A stretch of 32,000 nt of DNA from the NCBI RefSeq assembly GCF_018398935.1, contig NZ_CP074694.1, positions 2,910,001 through 2,942,000 on the forward strand, written 5' to 3'. Shown here in pieces: positions 1 through 8,804 of the stretch (positions within the stretch are counted from its first letter, which is position 1; every line of letters begins with the position of its first letter). The position numbers and the translations under genes are program-made. This DNA is from Telmatocola sphagniphila. GTDB taxonomy: Bacteria; Planctomycetota; Planctomycetia; Gemmatales; Gemmataceae. The notes under the pieces were generated by a model. It saw nothing but the letters and a program-made list of their open reading frames with translations, did no database searches and had not been told where the DNA came from.

Positions 1-1
1 C

Positions 2-322
2 TGCGACATCTGCCTGAAGTTTCCGAACATTTCCAGTCTGCATTGCGAGTTCTTTTACAAAAACGGTTATTGGTCGGTCAAAGACATCGGCTCGACCAAC
101 GGCATCAAAATCAACGGTCAGCGAACCACTCAAACGGCCCTGCGACCTGGGGATGAGATAGCCATCGCCAATCGAAAGTATAAGATCCACTATACGCTGG
201 CGGATGGAGCGGAATCGGCGCTCGAGCAGACTCTCGAAAAGAACGATGATTTCATGTCGATTCCCCTGATGGAACGGGCTGGCTTAACCAAGGCCCGGCA
301 GTCCAACCGCGATAGCGATTAA
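2..322 (+). CDS. FHA domain-containing protein, C-terminal fragment (5' end lies outside the window)
   Basis: Frame 2 is open from the window edge to TAA at 320-322. The translation CDICLKFPNISSLHCEFFYKNGYWSVKDIGSTNGIKINGQRTTQTALRPGDEIAIANRKYKIHY fits the FHA pattern (S..H, D.GSTNG, .NG, L..GD.I). Confidence 0.6.
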   Translation, partial: CDICLKFPNISSLHCEFFYKNGYWSVKDIGSTNGIKINGQRTTQTALRPGDEIAIANRKYKIHYTLADGAESALEQTLEKNDDFMSIPLMERAGLTKARQSNRDSD

Positions 323-335
323 TCTTCGGGGAAAA

Positions 336-1136
336 ATGTCACAACCGTCTTTAAAACATGCCGGAAAGATTGCGTTCATCACAGGAGCATCTTCCGGCAT
401 CGGACGAGCGGCTGCCTTGGCGCTCGCCCGGGAAGGTGCCGATGTGGCACTGAATTACTGGACGATGGCCAAGGAAGCGGAAGATACCGCCGCCGAAATC
501 TGGAGCTTGGGTCGCAAGGCCCTGCTTTTTCAAGTCGATATCTCCCACCAGCAGAATGTCGAAAAAATGACAGCGGATATCGTCTCCCAATTGGGCGGAA
601 TCGATATCTTCATCTCTTCCGCCGTGTATAGCGACCGCGAGCCGTTCACCACCGCTAACATGGAAGGCTTTCGTAAAACCATTGATATCTCCATGTGGGG
701 TTCGTTTTATGCCCTCCGGGCCGTCAGTAATGTGATGCTGAAGCAAGGCCGCGGTGGAAGTATGGTGATCGTCTCCAGCCCCCATTCCCACATCCCGTTC
801 CCGAACTGCATGGCCTACAACATGGCCAAGTCGGCTCAGGATGCCATGGCCAGATCGGCGGCCATTGAATTACTCCCGCACAAAATCCGGGTGAATATTC
901 TGCATCCGGGCTGGACGGATACACCGGGCGAACGAAAATTCTTCAGCGATGAGGCTATCAAAAAAGCGGGCAGTCAAACACCCATGGGCCGCCTGGCGAC
1001 GCCCGAAGAAATGGCACATGGTATTATGTTCCTCGTCGATCCGTACTCGGGCTACATGACCGGCTCGACACTGACCATGGACGGCGGCCTCGCCCTCCCC
1101 TGGTGGTCTAAACGAGGTAAGGACGGCGAATTCTAA
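336..1136 (+). CDS. SDR-family (short-chain dehydrogenase/reductase) oxidoreductase
   Basis: 266 aa. N-terminal TGASSGIG dinucleotide-binding motif, catalytic YNMAK (YxxxK), and a PG motif after the active site. Typical classical SDR length. Confidence 0.9.
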   Translation: MSQPSLKHAGKIAFITGASSGIGRAAALALAREGADVALNYWTMAKEAEDTAAEIWSLGRKALLFQVDISHQQNVEKMTADIVSQLGGIDIFISSAVYSDREPFTTANMEGFRKTIDISMWGSFYALRAVSNVMLKQGRGGSMVIVSSPHSHIPFPNCMAYNMAKSAQDAMARSAAIELLPHKIRVNILHPGWTDTPGERKFFSDEAIKKAGSQTPMGRLATPEEMAHGIMFLVDPYSGYMTGSTLTMDGGLALPWWSKRGKDGEF

Positions 1137-1145
1137 TCTCAGTTG

Positions 1146-1982
1146 CTACAGGGATCTTTTGTCGAGCCAGGCGATCATATCTTTCACATAAGGATGATCG
1201 GCAGGCTCGAATTCCAAAGTGTGACTGGCCCCCGGATACTCAAGGATTGTCTTATCCGGCGTCGGCGCTTTTCGTTCGATCCACTTTCTGGTCTTCTCGT
1301 TGAAAATCACCCGCTCTTTTTCAGCTAGTAGCAAGACTATCGGCATCGTGACCCGCTTCACCGCCCGTTTGACGTAAAAATCGAGATTGAAACTCTCCAC
1401 TAAAAACCGGGCGGTGGCCAACCGAGTCGCTAGCGGATCCTCCGCGATGAATTTCTGCCAATCTTTATTCTCGGTGAACAGTTCAGCGTCACTCAGAGGA
1501 ACGGGAAATAACCGGGTGGGACATCGTAAGCGGCAGCGACCAATCCAGAGCCGTTGAAAGAAGGGCGGCCGGACTTGCGGAAAAAACCCCGGGCACAACA
1601 GCAGCATTCCATCGATTTTATTGGGATATCGGTAGGGAAAGCCGAGAGCGAGCTTTCCACCCCAGGAAATTCCCGCCAGGAAGAGTTTGGAACCGCTTTT
1701 GGGAATATGCGCAACGAATTCGTGAATATCATCGAGTAGACGGCGAAAACTACGCGTATCTCCCCGTGCGGCCGTATTCAAACCTGCCCCGCGGCGATCG
1801 AGAAAATAGACTTCGTACCCCGCCTCGGCCAGTTGCCGGCAGGAGCGTTTGTACCAACCGCCATGGCTTTGAATGCCATGCACAAAAACGATAGTGGCCC
1901 TGGGCGAATGGGCGCGAAATCGACGGTATTTGTGTTCGTAGCCATCCGTCGAGGTGAAGGTGTCGATTTCCTCAGCGGACAA
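1146..1982 (-). CDS. alpha/beta-fold hydrolase (lysophospholipase / monoacylglycerol-lipase-like)
   Basis: 278 aa. HG oxyanion motif (VHGIQSHGG), nucleophile elbow GISWGG (GxSxG), C-terminal GASH histidine. Overlaps the upstream enolase-superfamily gene by 11 nt, which suggests co-transcription. Confidence 0.85.
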   Translation of the reverse strand: MSAEEIDTFTSTDGYEHKYRRFRAHSPRATIVFVHGIQSHGGWYKRSCRQLAEAGYEVYFLDRRGAGLNTAARGDTRSFRRLLDDIHEFVAHIPKSGSKLFLAGISWGGKLALGFPYRYPNKIDGMLLLCPGFFPQVRPPFFQRLWIGRCRLRCPTRLFPVPLSDAELFTENKDWQKFIAEDPLATRLATARFLVESFNLDFYVKRAVKRVTMPIVLLLAEKERVIFNEKTRKWIERKAPTPDKTILEYPGASHTLEFEPADHPYVKDMIAWLDKRSL

Positions 1983-3144
1983 ACAGCACTTCCTTTCGCA
2001 GCGTCACCCGATCGAGCGCGGCCGGGTCGATTTCGATTCCCAGTCCCGGACCTTCCAGAGCCGGCGCTTTACCGCCATAGCCGAAAGTGATGTCCCTGGT
2101 TCCCAGAGCTTCCTTAACCAGATGGCTATCGTAAGAACCTTCCCAGTACCGGATGCCTTTTACACTGCTGGCGAAATGCCTTCCCCCCGCCGACAAAACT
2201 GCCGTTTCCCCCACTTGGCAGCCGAGTTGGTAGCCGAGGCCGCAATTCATCGCAAGTTCCGCCAGCCGGAGAGTGCGAATGAAGCCACCGCACTTGGAGA
2301 TTCGCAAATTGAATAAATCGCAGAGTTTATGGTCAATCGCTCGCTGGGCATCCACCAGGGAGCAGAGCGATTCATCGAACATCAGCGGGGTCTTGATTTG
2401 GCTGCGAATCGCCGCAAGCCCCTCAATATTTTCGTGCGCGACCGGCTGTTCCACCGAGGTAATACCAAAAGGTTCCAGTTCGCGTATTTTTTGCGGAGTC
2501 TCCTGTACGCTCCACGCTTCGTTGGCATCCAACCGTACATCGATCTTAGTGCCCAAACGGCTGCGGATTGCACGAAGGCGTTCGACATCATCGTAACCGG
2601 CGATGCCTACTTTCACTTTCACTTGTTTGAAGCCGTAAAGTCGCATTTTCCAGCCGGCCAGCTTCGCTTTGAAGCCCTTGGCGGAAGTGATGGCTCCGCT
2701 GTAACGAACAGTCGCTTTAGGCTCGTAGAGATTGGGGGTGAGAATCTCGGTGACGTGCGAAACAGGCCGTTTGAATACTTTTCCATACGCATCGAGTAAC
2801 GCCAGTTCGAAGGCGGCTCGAGCTGCATTTCCCTGGCAGTCGCGGTGATCGCCCGCTATTGCGGGAAAGGGAATCTTCTCAATTTTTCGGACGGCCGTTT
2901 CATAGTTCACCCAGTCTTCGAGGTATTCTTCAAGTTTACCGGCTTTGAGATGTTCGAGAACCGATTCCGCGGACTCGCCGGTGACGTACTCTCGCGGCAC
3001 CCCTTCACCGAAACCCAGGGTGCCATCTTCCAGCTTACACCGAACGATTACATTATCGGTGGAGGTTCGACTATGCGATGCATGGCGGATCTCCTTCTTC
3101 AAAGGAATGCGAACGAGATACGCCTGAATTTCGATAATTTTCAT
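1972..3144 (-). CDS. enolase-superfamily enzyme, MLE subgroup (dipeptide epimerase / N-acylamino-acid racemase / cycloisomerase-like)
   Basis: 390 aa. KxK motif (VKVKVG), metal ligands in RLDANEAW, VEQP and MFDES, and a second catalytic Lys in RISKCGG. Substrate cannot be assigned from sequence. Confidence 0.85.
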   Translation of the reverse strand: MKIIEIQAYLVRIPLKKEIRHASHSRTSTDNVIVRCKLEDGTLGFGEGVPREYVTGESAESVLEHLKAGKLEEYLEDWVNYETAVRKIEKIPFPAIAGDHRDCQGNAARAAFELALLDAYGKVFKRPVSHVTEILTPNLYEPKATVRYSGAITSAKGFKAKLAGWKMRLYGFKQVKVKVGIAGYDDVERLRAIRSRLGTKIDVRLDANEAWSVQETPQKIRELEPFGITSVEQPVAHENIEGLAAIRSQIKTPLMFDESLCSLVDAQRAIDHKLCDLFNLRISKCGGFIRTLRLAELAMNCGLGYQLGCQVGETAVLSAGGRHFASSVKGIRYWEGSYDSHLVKEALGTRDITFGYGGKAPALEGPGLGIEIDPAALDRVTLRKEVLFVR

Positions 3145-3169
3145 GCAGGAATTCTATAAAGCGAGCAAA

Positions 3170-4579
3170 CTATTCTGCCGGAGAGAATGCGGACTTGCAC
3201 AGCCAAATTCCCAGAAGAATGACCAACACCGAACTGAAAATCGGCAGAAGCTTTACAAACCGATTTTCGGCCCAGCGTCCGCCCAGTTTTTGACCAACAT
3301 AAACGACGCTAAGACCTATCAAAACTAACACGCTGGCGAGGCCCAGACTAAAAGCGAGTAACAGCGGCAGGGCGATCCAGACTTTCTGCATCGATATCGC
3401 AATTCCCAGAAGTAGGACCGCATCCCAGCAGGGTATCAAGCCACCGGTGACTCCTAGAATTAACAGCCGCCAGAACGTCGCCTTGCCATGTACAGTCACC
3501 TCTTCCCCGTGGCTGTGGGAATGCCCGTGAGAGTGCGAATGACTGTGACTGGTGCCGGGTAAATGGACGTGATCCGCCTTCCCGGCTAATCGTTGTTTCA
3601 GCAGCCAGAGTCCCAGGCCGACGATCATTAAACCACCGACGAAACTGAGAATGACCCTTACCGAATCGGGAGCGGTGTTGGGATAGAAGATCCAGAGAAT
3701 CAGAGCGATAAGAATCACGCTGCCGGTATGTGAGATCGTTGTGATCAGGCCTAAGAGGATGGCATGCAGCGAGGTTCCCTGCTCCCCGACCAGATACGCG
3801 GCTACCAGCGTCTTGCCATGTCCGGGTGTCAATGCATGAGCCGCCCCGAAGAGCATGGCCATACTCAGAAGTACCAACCAACCTTCCGAGGAATCCAGTA
3901 ATCCCGACAGGCCGTAGTGTCGCAGCCGATCGAAGATACTCATCGGTTGAACCGGGGCTTCCGGTTCCGGTTCGCTGGGGGCAACGACTTCCGGCTTTGC
4001 CTCGCCGAGTTCGTACTCCACGGAGATCTGATTGCGTTTGCGATCAGTTGGGATCACCCGTTTTTCAAAGGGTTCGGTAAAAGAGATGATGCGAGCTTCC
4101 GCCGGCGGGTCGAGCGATAATTTCAACTTTCCTTCCCGGGTGGGAAAGTTGGTTTCTTCGAAGACGAAGGACTGTTTACCGGAGAAATCTCCCAGTCGCG
4201 CGATGAAGCGAAAATGAAACTGAACCGAATCGAGAAATTCGATTCGTTCTTTACTCATCGTCCAGCGCAGCGGCACGCCGTTGAGCTTCCCTTCGAAGCC
4301 GACTGGAATGATTTCTTTCAGTTTCTGGGCCATGGCATGGGCAAAATCTTCGCGATTGAGCTTATCTTTTTGCGGCAGTGGATAGGGGGAGTCTTTTCGA
4401 CCGACTTCCTGAAACAGGGTGAATTGATCGATCTCCAATTTGTAATTGACAATAACCTGGGTGGGAGTGATTTCGATGGCGATAGCGCGGTCGAATTCGA
4501 GACGGGGAACCGGATGAGCCCGCAATGAGTGCGTCAGACACCCGAGAAGTAAAACAGCAAGGAGGCCAATCGATCGCAT
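3170..4579 (-). CDS. RcnA/NicO-family nickel/cobalt transporter with an N-terminal ~230-aa exported domain and a His-rich loop
   Basis: 469 aa with a signal peptide (MRSIGLLAVLLLGCLTHSLRA). The C-terminal half matches RcnA signature blocks: HALTPGHGKT, TTISHTGSV, GVTGGLIPC. There is a cytoplasmic HSHSHSHGHSHSHG loop. The N-terminal domain starts AHPVPRLEFD, reminiscent of the periplasmic DUF1007 partner of NicO permeases (inference). Confidence 0.8.
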   Translation of the reverse strand: MRSIGLLAVLLLGCLTHSLRAHPVPRLEFDRAIAIEITPTQVIVNYKLEIDQFTLFQEVGRKDSPYPLPQKDKLNREDFAHAMAQKLKEIIPVGFEGKLNGVPLRWTMSKERIEFLDSVQFHFRFIARLGDFSGKQSFVFEETNFPTREGKLKLSLDPPAEARIISFTEPFEKRVIPTDRKRNQISVEYELGEAKPEVVAPSEPEPEAPVQPMSIFDRLRHYGLSGLLDSSEGWLVLLSMAMLFGAAHALTPGHGKTLVAAYLVGEQGTSLHAILLGLITTISHTGSVILIALILWIFYPNTAPDSVRVILSFVGGLMIVGLGLWLLKQRLAGKADHVHLPGTSHSHSHSHGHSHSHGEEVTVHGKATFWRLLILGVTGGLIPCWDAVLLLGIAISMQKVWIALPLLLAFSLGLASVLVLIGLSVVYVGQKLGGRWAENRFVKLLPIFSSVLVILLGIWLCKSAFSPAE

Positions 4580-4585
4580 ACTTCG

Positions 4586-4613
4586 ATTGTACCAATTTCA
4601 AAGAAGATCTGAA
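4586..4613 (-). promoter_or_regulatory. candidate sigma70-type promoter (TTCAGA-N16-TGgTACAAT) that would give a leaderless or near-leaderless transporter mRNA
   Basis: On the minus strand: ttcaga, then 16 nt, then tacaat preceded by TGg (extended -10). Only 6 nt separate the -10 from the ATG at 4579. Confidence 0.25.
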
Positions 4614-4634
4614 CCTCCCGCCGAGACGGGAGGT
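4613..4634 (-). terminator. intercistronic hairpin (8-bp perfect stem, 6-nt loop) just downstream of the preceding gene's stop
   Basis: acctcccg ccgaga cgggaggt. It lies 8 nt after the stop at 4643-4645 and is followed on the mRNA by a moderately U-rich tract (ucagaucuucuuug). Could be an attenuating terminator or an mRNA-stability element. Confidence 0.4.
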
Positions 4635-4642
4635 CCGAGAAA

Positions 4643-5779
4643 TTATTTGGCGGGTTTGCAGTAACTCAAAGCCATGAGTGCGTAACCGGTAACCAGATTG
4701 GGGTCGCCTTCCATCCAACGGTCGGTTTCATTCGTCCAGGAGCCGTCTGGATTCTGACGTTTGGCCAGTGCGTCGACCAGTTCTTTACGCCAGTTGTGCT
4801 TGACCCCCTGAGCATCGGTAATCTCGTCCACCTGCATGGCTGTCAAACTCTTGGCCATGGTGTGGTAGTAGTAGTAAAGACCTCGAGCTGCCAATTCCTT
4901 GGGCATACCCGGATTGTGATCTACCGAATAGTTTTTGCTGATCCATTCGAAGGCTTTCTTGTAGCGGAGATCGTCCTTGGAGACGCCGCAATAGATCATG
5001 CTCTTGATGCCCGCGTAGGTCATGCTGCCGTAACCTTCCAGCGGAGCATCCGGTTTATCGGAAGTCTTGGTCGACCCCCCTCCTGCCTGCGAATAGATGA
5101 AACTGCCATCGTTGATTTTTCCGGCCCAGGGACGGTCGTTGTACTCGCTCTTGAGATTCTGACAGCGACTGACGAAAATCAATGCTTTCTGTAGCGAAGG
5201 ATCGCTGGAAGGAACCCCCGCTTCCTTCAAGGCATCGACGAAGAATTGCGTGTTCGACATATCGGGCCGGGACTTGCTATCGTAGCCCGCCCCGCCGTAG
5301 AAATCGTCGTTCTTGGTCTTGCCTTCGCCTTCATCCCACTGGAGTTGCTTGAGAAACTTCACGGCATCACCAACCACCGGACGATATTTGTCGGCCTGAT
5401 TGGCGGCTTGCAGAGCCATGACATTGACGCACGTGACGTAATTGTGCAAACCAATCGCCGATCCCTTGCCGGCGATATGACCAGACTGGGGATCGATGAG
5501 CGTTTCAATGAACTTAAGACCTTTGGCGACTGACTCGTCATTCGGCGTCGCGGCCCCGGTTTTGATCAATCCGGTGACCACAATGCCAGTCACACCCCCC
5601 TGAAACTTTTCATTTCCCCAGCTTCCGTTCGGATTCTGGGTTTTCTTGAGATAGGCGGCCGATTTATCGACCATCGCTTTCCATTTGGCGTCCGTATCCT
5701 GGGCGAAAGCCGGCGCCGCCACGACGCTACCGGTTAGCAACGCACTGAAGGACACTATCCACAAACGTCGCAATTTCAT
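4643..5779 (-). CDS. exported prenyltransferase/squalene-cyclase-repeat (alpha/alpha-toroid) protein, paralog 1
   Basis: QW-like repeats (QNPNGSWG, RQNPDGSWTNE) and a YGGAGYD motif. Signal peptide MKLRRLWIVSFSALLTGSVVAAPAFA. I prefer the ATG at 5779 over the GTG at 5791 used by the ORF track. Confidence 0.8.
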   Translation of the reverse strand: MKLRRLWIVSFSALLTGSVVAAPAFAQDTDAKWKAMVDKSAAYLKKTQNPNGSWGNEKFQGGVTGIVVTGLIKTGAATPNDESVAKGLKFIETLIDPQSGHIAGKGSAIGLHNYVTCVNVMALQAANQADKYRPVVGDAVKFLKQLQWDEGEGKTKNDDFYGGAGYDSKSRPDMSNTQFFVDALKEAGVPSSDPSLQKALIFVSRCQNLKSEYNDRPWAGKINDGSFIYSQAGGGSTKTSDKPDAPLEGYGSMTYAGIKSMIYCGVSKDDLRYKKAFEWISKNYSVDHNPGMPKELAARGLYYYYHTMAKSLTAMQVDEITDAQGVKHNWRKELVDALAKRQNPDGSWTNETDRWMEGDPNLVTGYALMALSYCKPAK

Positions 5780-5809
5780 GATGTCTCTCACAGAGAATAG
5801 ATTTCGAGA

Positions 5810-6931
5810 TTACTTCGTTTTCGGCTTGCAGTAACTCAGGGCATTTAGCACATATCCCGTCACGAGAGCCGGGTCGCCTTCCATGAAGCGATCGCTTTCG
5901 TTGGTCCAACTGCCATCTGGCTTTTGTCGCTTGGCGAAGGCTTCAATCAGCTCTTTTCGCCAGTCATGCTTTATGCCCTTGGCGTCGGTTATTGTATCGA
6001 TCTCCATAACCGCCAGCGTCTTGGCCATGGTGTGATAGTAGTAATACAGGCCGCGCAAAGGAGTCTCCTTCGGCATCCCGGGATGCACGTCCACCGAGTA
6101 ATTCATGCTGATCCACTCGAGCGCCTTCTTGTAACGCAGGTCGTCCTTGGAAACACCGCAGTAAACCATGCTTTTGATACCCGCGTAAGTCATGCTGGCA
6201 TACCCGGCCATGGGATCCTTCAGGTTATCCTTCTTGGGATCGTTCCCGGGTACACCGTAAATGAAGCTGCCGTCGTTGATTTTGCCGGCCCAGGGTCGGT
6301 CGTTGTATTCTGATTTCAGGTTCTGGCAGCGACTGACGAAGATCATCGCTTTCTGCAGAGACGGATCGTCTTTGGGCACGCCGGCGTCGTGGAGTGCATC
6401 CAGGAAAAACTGGGTATTCGACAGGTCGGGACGCGATTTGCCATCGTAGCCGATACCGCCGTATTCGCCATCGCTTTTCTTTTTGTCGGAAGCTTCATCG
6501 AATTGCAACTGCTTCAGAAACTTAACGGCATCTCCCACCACGGCCTTGTATTTATCGTTCTGATTGGCCGCCTGCAGGGCCATCACATTGACGCAGGTGA
6601 TGTAATTCGAGAGTTGGACGTTGGAACCTGGTCCGGCGATGTGCCCTTCCTTGGTGTTCACCAGGGATTCGATGTATTTCAAGCCTTTGATGGTCGCCTC
6701 GTCGCTGACCTTGGCTCCTCCCGATTTCACCAGTCCGGTAATGACGATACCCGTCACCCCGTTCTTAAACCGGGCCCCGCCCCAACTGCCATCCGGATTC
6801 TGACTCTTTTTGATGTAAGCTGTGGCCGAATCCACCAGTTTATGCCACTCCGCCGTGGTATCTTGAGCTCGAAGTGCTGAAGTAGCAAAGAAACAAGCAA
6901 ATAGTAAACCCAGCCCTCGTATCTTTCGCAT
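5810..6931 (-). CDS. exported prenyltransferase/squalene-cyclase-repeat (alpha/alpha-toroid) protein, paralog 2
   Basis: Collinear with paralog 1 along its full length, with very long identical blocks such as FVSRCQNLKSEYNDRPWAGKINDGSFIY. Strong SD AGGAGG lies 7 nt upstream of the ATG at 6931, followed by signal peptide MRKIRGLGLLFACFFATSALRA. Confidence 0.8.
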   Translation of the reverse strand: MRKIRGLGLLFACFFATSALRAQDTTAEWHKLVDSATAYIKKSQNPDGSWGGARFKNGVTGIVITGLVKSGGAKVSDEATIKGLKYIESLVNTKEGHIAGPGSNVQLSNYITCVNVMALQAANQNDKYKAVVGDAVKFLKQLQFDEASDKKKSDGEYGGIGYDGKSRPDLSNTQFFLDALHDAGVPKDDPSLQKAMIFVSRCQNLKSEYNDRPWAGKINDGSFIYGVPGNDPKKDNLKDPMAGYASMTYAGIKSMVYCGVSKDDLRYKKALEWISMNYSVDVHPGMPKETPLRGLYYYYHTMAKTLAVMEIDTITDAKGIKHDWRKELIEAFAKRQKPDGSWTNESDRFMEGDPALVTGYVLNALSYCKPKTK

Positions 6932-7115
6932 ATTCGCTCCTCCTGTAATGAACTGTCCCAATAGTATAAACCGCCCTTTATATTATCAATCAAATCCTGG
7001 TATTTTTCATCTATTCCCCATCTCCAGAAGGAATTCGCTCGCCACTTTCCCGCAATCCCACTCGCTCTATCTCAATTGACGATTTCTCCCGAGTCTGCCA
7101 TGATGCGGAAGATGC

Positions 7116-8804
7116 ATGGAGGCAAGTAGAGAAATGATGGCGGTTACTGACGAGCACACTCCCGTTTCCTCGAGCTACCTGAAGCGGATTCCTCAGTTTT
7201 GGGCCAATTCCCTCTTTCCAGAGAAGTCCGCAGCGACTGACTCGACTTCCATCCGCTGGCGTCATCTCCTGTTGCTAATCTTCCTGCCCGCGTTGCTGCT
7301 CTACCCCACAAGAAATTTCCTGCTCCTGGAACCCGATGAGGGGCGTTATGCGGAAATTGCCCGGGAAATGATGGTATCCGGTAGTTGGGTCGTGCCCACA
7401 CTGCAAGGGGAACCGTATCTCGACAAGCCGCCGCTTTTTTACTGGCTCGTGAAAATCAGCTTTCAGCTTTTCGGAGTCTCTGATGCAACCGCTCGATTGG
7501 TCCCTGCCCTGGCGGTTCATCTCACCATTCTGGCTCTCTACCTAATCGGAAGAAGAAGCCTTGGTGAGCGCTCCGCTTTATTTTCAGCACTCACTTTGTG
7601 CATTTTGCCCGGGTTTATGGGGATGGCTCGCCTGTTAATCCTAGATGGCGTACTGACTTTAACTGTCACACTCGAATTACTCTGTCTCTACGAGGCCATC
7701 CGGACTCAGAAACTTCGCCTAGACTGGTGGTACGCCGCGGCCCTGGCAAGTGGACTGGGAATCCTTACCAAAGGACCAATCGCGCTGATGCTAGTCATCC
7801 CGCCGCTGATTGCTCACCGCTGGTTGACGGGACGTCGGCGGAAAGCCAGTGTCATGCACTTACTGGGCTACGGGGCCGTGCTTGCGGCCATCAATCTGCC
7901 CTGGTACTGGGCCATTTACCAAAAGCAGCCGGTGTTTTTGAAGTACTTTTTCTGGGATCACAACGTGATGCGGTTCCTGCAGCCGTTCGATCACCTGCAG
8001 CCGGTATGGTATTACGTCCCCGTCTTTTTCTTGAGTGTACTACCTTGCTTATTCCTAGGTCGATCTTTCATGCGTTGGCTGTTGAATGAATCGAGCGAAG
8101 GAAGATCTCAAGACGTCGGCTTCTGGCTTCTCGCGGGCAGTTGGGCCATTATCTTCTTTTCCATCTCGGGCAGTAAGCTACCTACTTACATTCTCCCGGC
8201 CTTTCCACCTCTGGCCCTGGTGTTCGGAAGTTTTCTGACCCACAGCCGTCGCTGCGAGCAGAGACCAACGCAACTCGGTGGCTTGGCTTTCGCGTGCGTT
8301 CTCTTTCTGGCATTTGCTGTCGCCGTTCCCTTTTACGCTCAGCAGCGTTCGCCGTTAAGAGATCCCGGATTGATGGAACGCGTCTGCAGTGACCCAGAAA
8401 CGCCGATTGTCTGCTTCCCGCGCAACTGCGATTCCGTCTCGTTCTACCTGAATCGAGCTGATTTGATCAGCCTGCGAGGCAAGCAAGCCAACGATCTGTT
8501 GAAAAAGGTTCTGGAAGTTCCGCGAACGGTCGTTCTGTTCACACACGATCATTCGCTGGGAACTTTCGAGCCGATTATGCCGCACGACATTTACCTGGAG
8601 GAATCGATTTCTCTCCGGAAACCCAGGCGAGAGCAGAATATCATCGACCGGGTGATCGGAGCCAACCCCTGGGGACTCTGCGACATCGCTGTGGTCAAGC
8701 ACAAGCGCTGGGGCCCGGACCTGTCAGCCCCCCACGCTGTTCAGAGCGCCCAGGTAGATCCCCGCCAGGTTCATAATCATGAAGATCATGATTATCGCGA
8801 CTAG
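7116..8804 (+). CDS. GT39/GT83-type membrane glycosyltransferase (ArnT / PMT-like, polyprenyl-phosphate-sugar dependent)
   Basis: 562 aa and polytopic. The first periplasmic loop motif EPDEGRYAEIAREM and LDKPPLFYW are typical of the ArnT/PMT family. Exact start is uncertain. The 3' end overlaps the convergent gene by 81 nt. Confidence 0.8.
   Translation: MEASREMMAVTDEHTPVSSSYLKRIPQFWANSLFPEKSAATDSTSIRWRHLLLLIFLPALLLYPTRNFLLLEPDEGRYAEIAREMMVSGSWVVPTLQGEPYLDKPPLFYWLVKISFQLFGVSDATARLVPALAVHLTILALYLIGRRSLGERSALFSALTLCILPGFMGMARLLILDGVLTLTVTLELLCLYEAIRTQKLRLDWWYAAALASGLGILTKGPIALMLVIPPLIAHRWLTGRRRKASVMHLLGYGAVLAAINLPWYWAIYQKQPVFLKYFFWDHNVMRFLQPFDHLQPVWYYVPVFFLSVLPCLFLGRSFMRWLLNESSEGRSQDVGFWLLAGSWAIIFFSISGSKLPTYILPAFPPLALVFGSFLTHSRRCEQRPTQLGGLAFACVLFLAFAVAVPFYAQQRSPLRDPGLMERVCSDPETPIVCFPRNCDSVSFYLNRADLISLRGKQANDLLKKVLEVPRTVVLFTHDHSLGTFEPIMPHDIYLEESISLRKPRREQNIIDRVIGANPWGLCDIAVVKHKRWGPDLSAPHAVQSAQVDPRQVHNHEDHDYRD

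Noticed and set aside
3500-3545. His-Ser dipeptide run (HSHSHSHGHSHSHG) as a possible slippage-prone simple repeat or frameshift site
   Set aside because: The DNA is not a perfect tandem repeat because codon usage varies. A His-rich cytoplasmic loop at exactly this position is a normal feature of RcnA/NicO transporters.
6932-7115. Cobalamin or other riboswitch upstream of the toroid/transporter gene string
   Set aside because: I read the minus strand for a B12-box-like element (AGYCMGGAGACCKGCC-type) and found none. Only an AT-rich promoter-like stretch (ttgattgataatataaag...tatact) with non-optimal spacing is present. An Infernal scan would be needed to exclude it formally.
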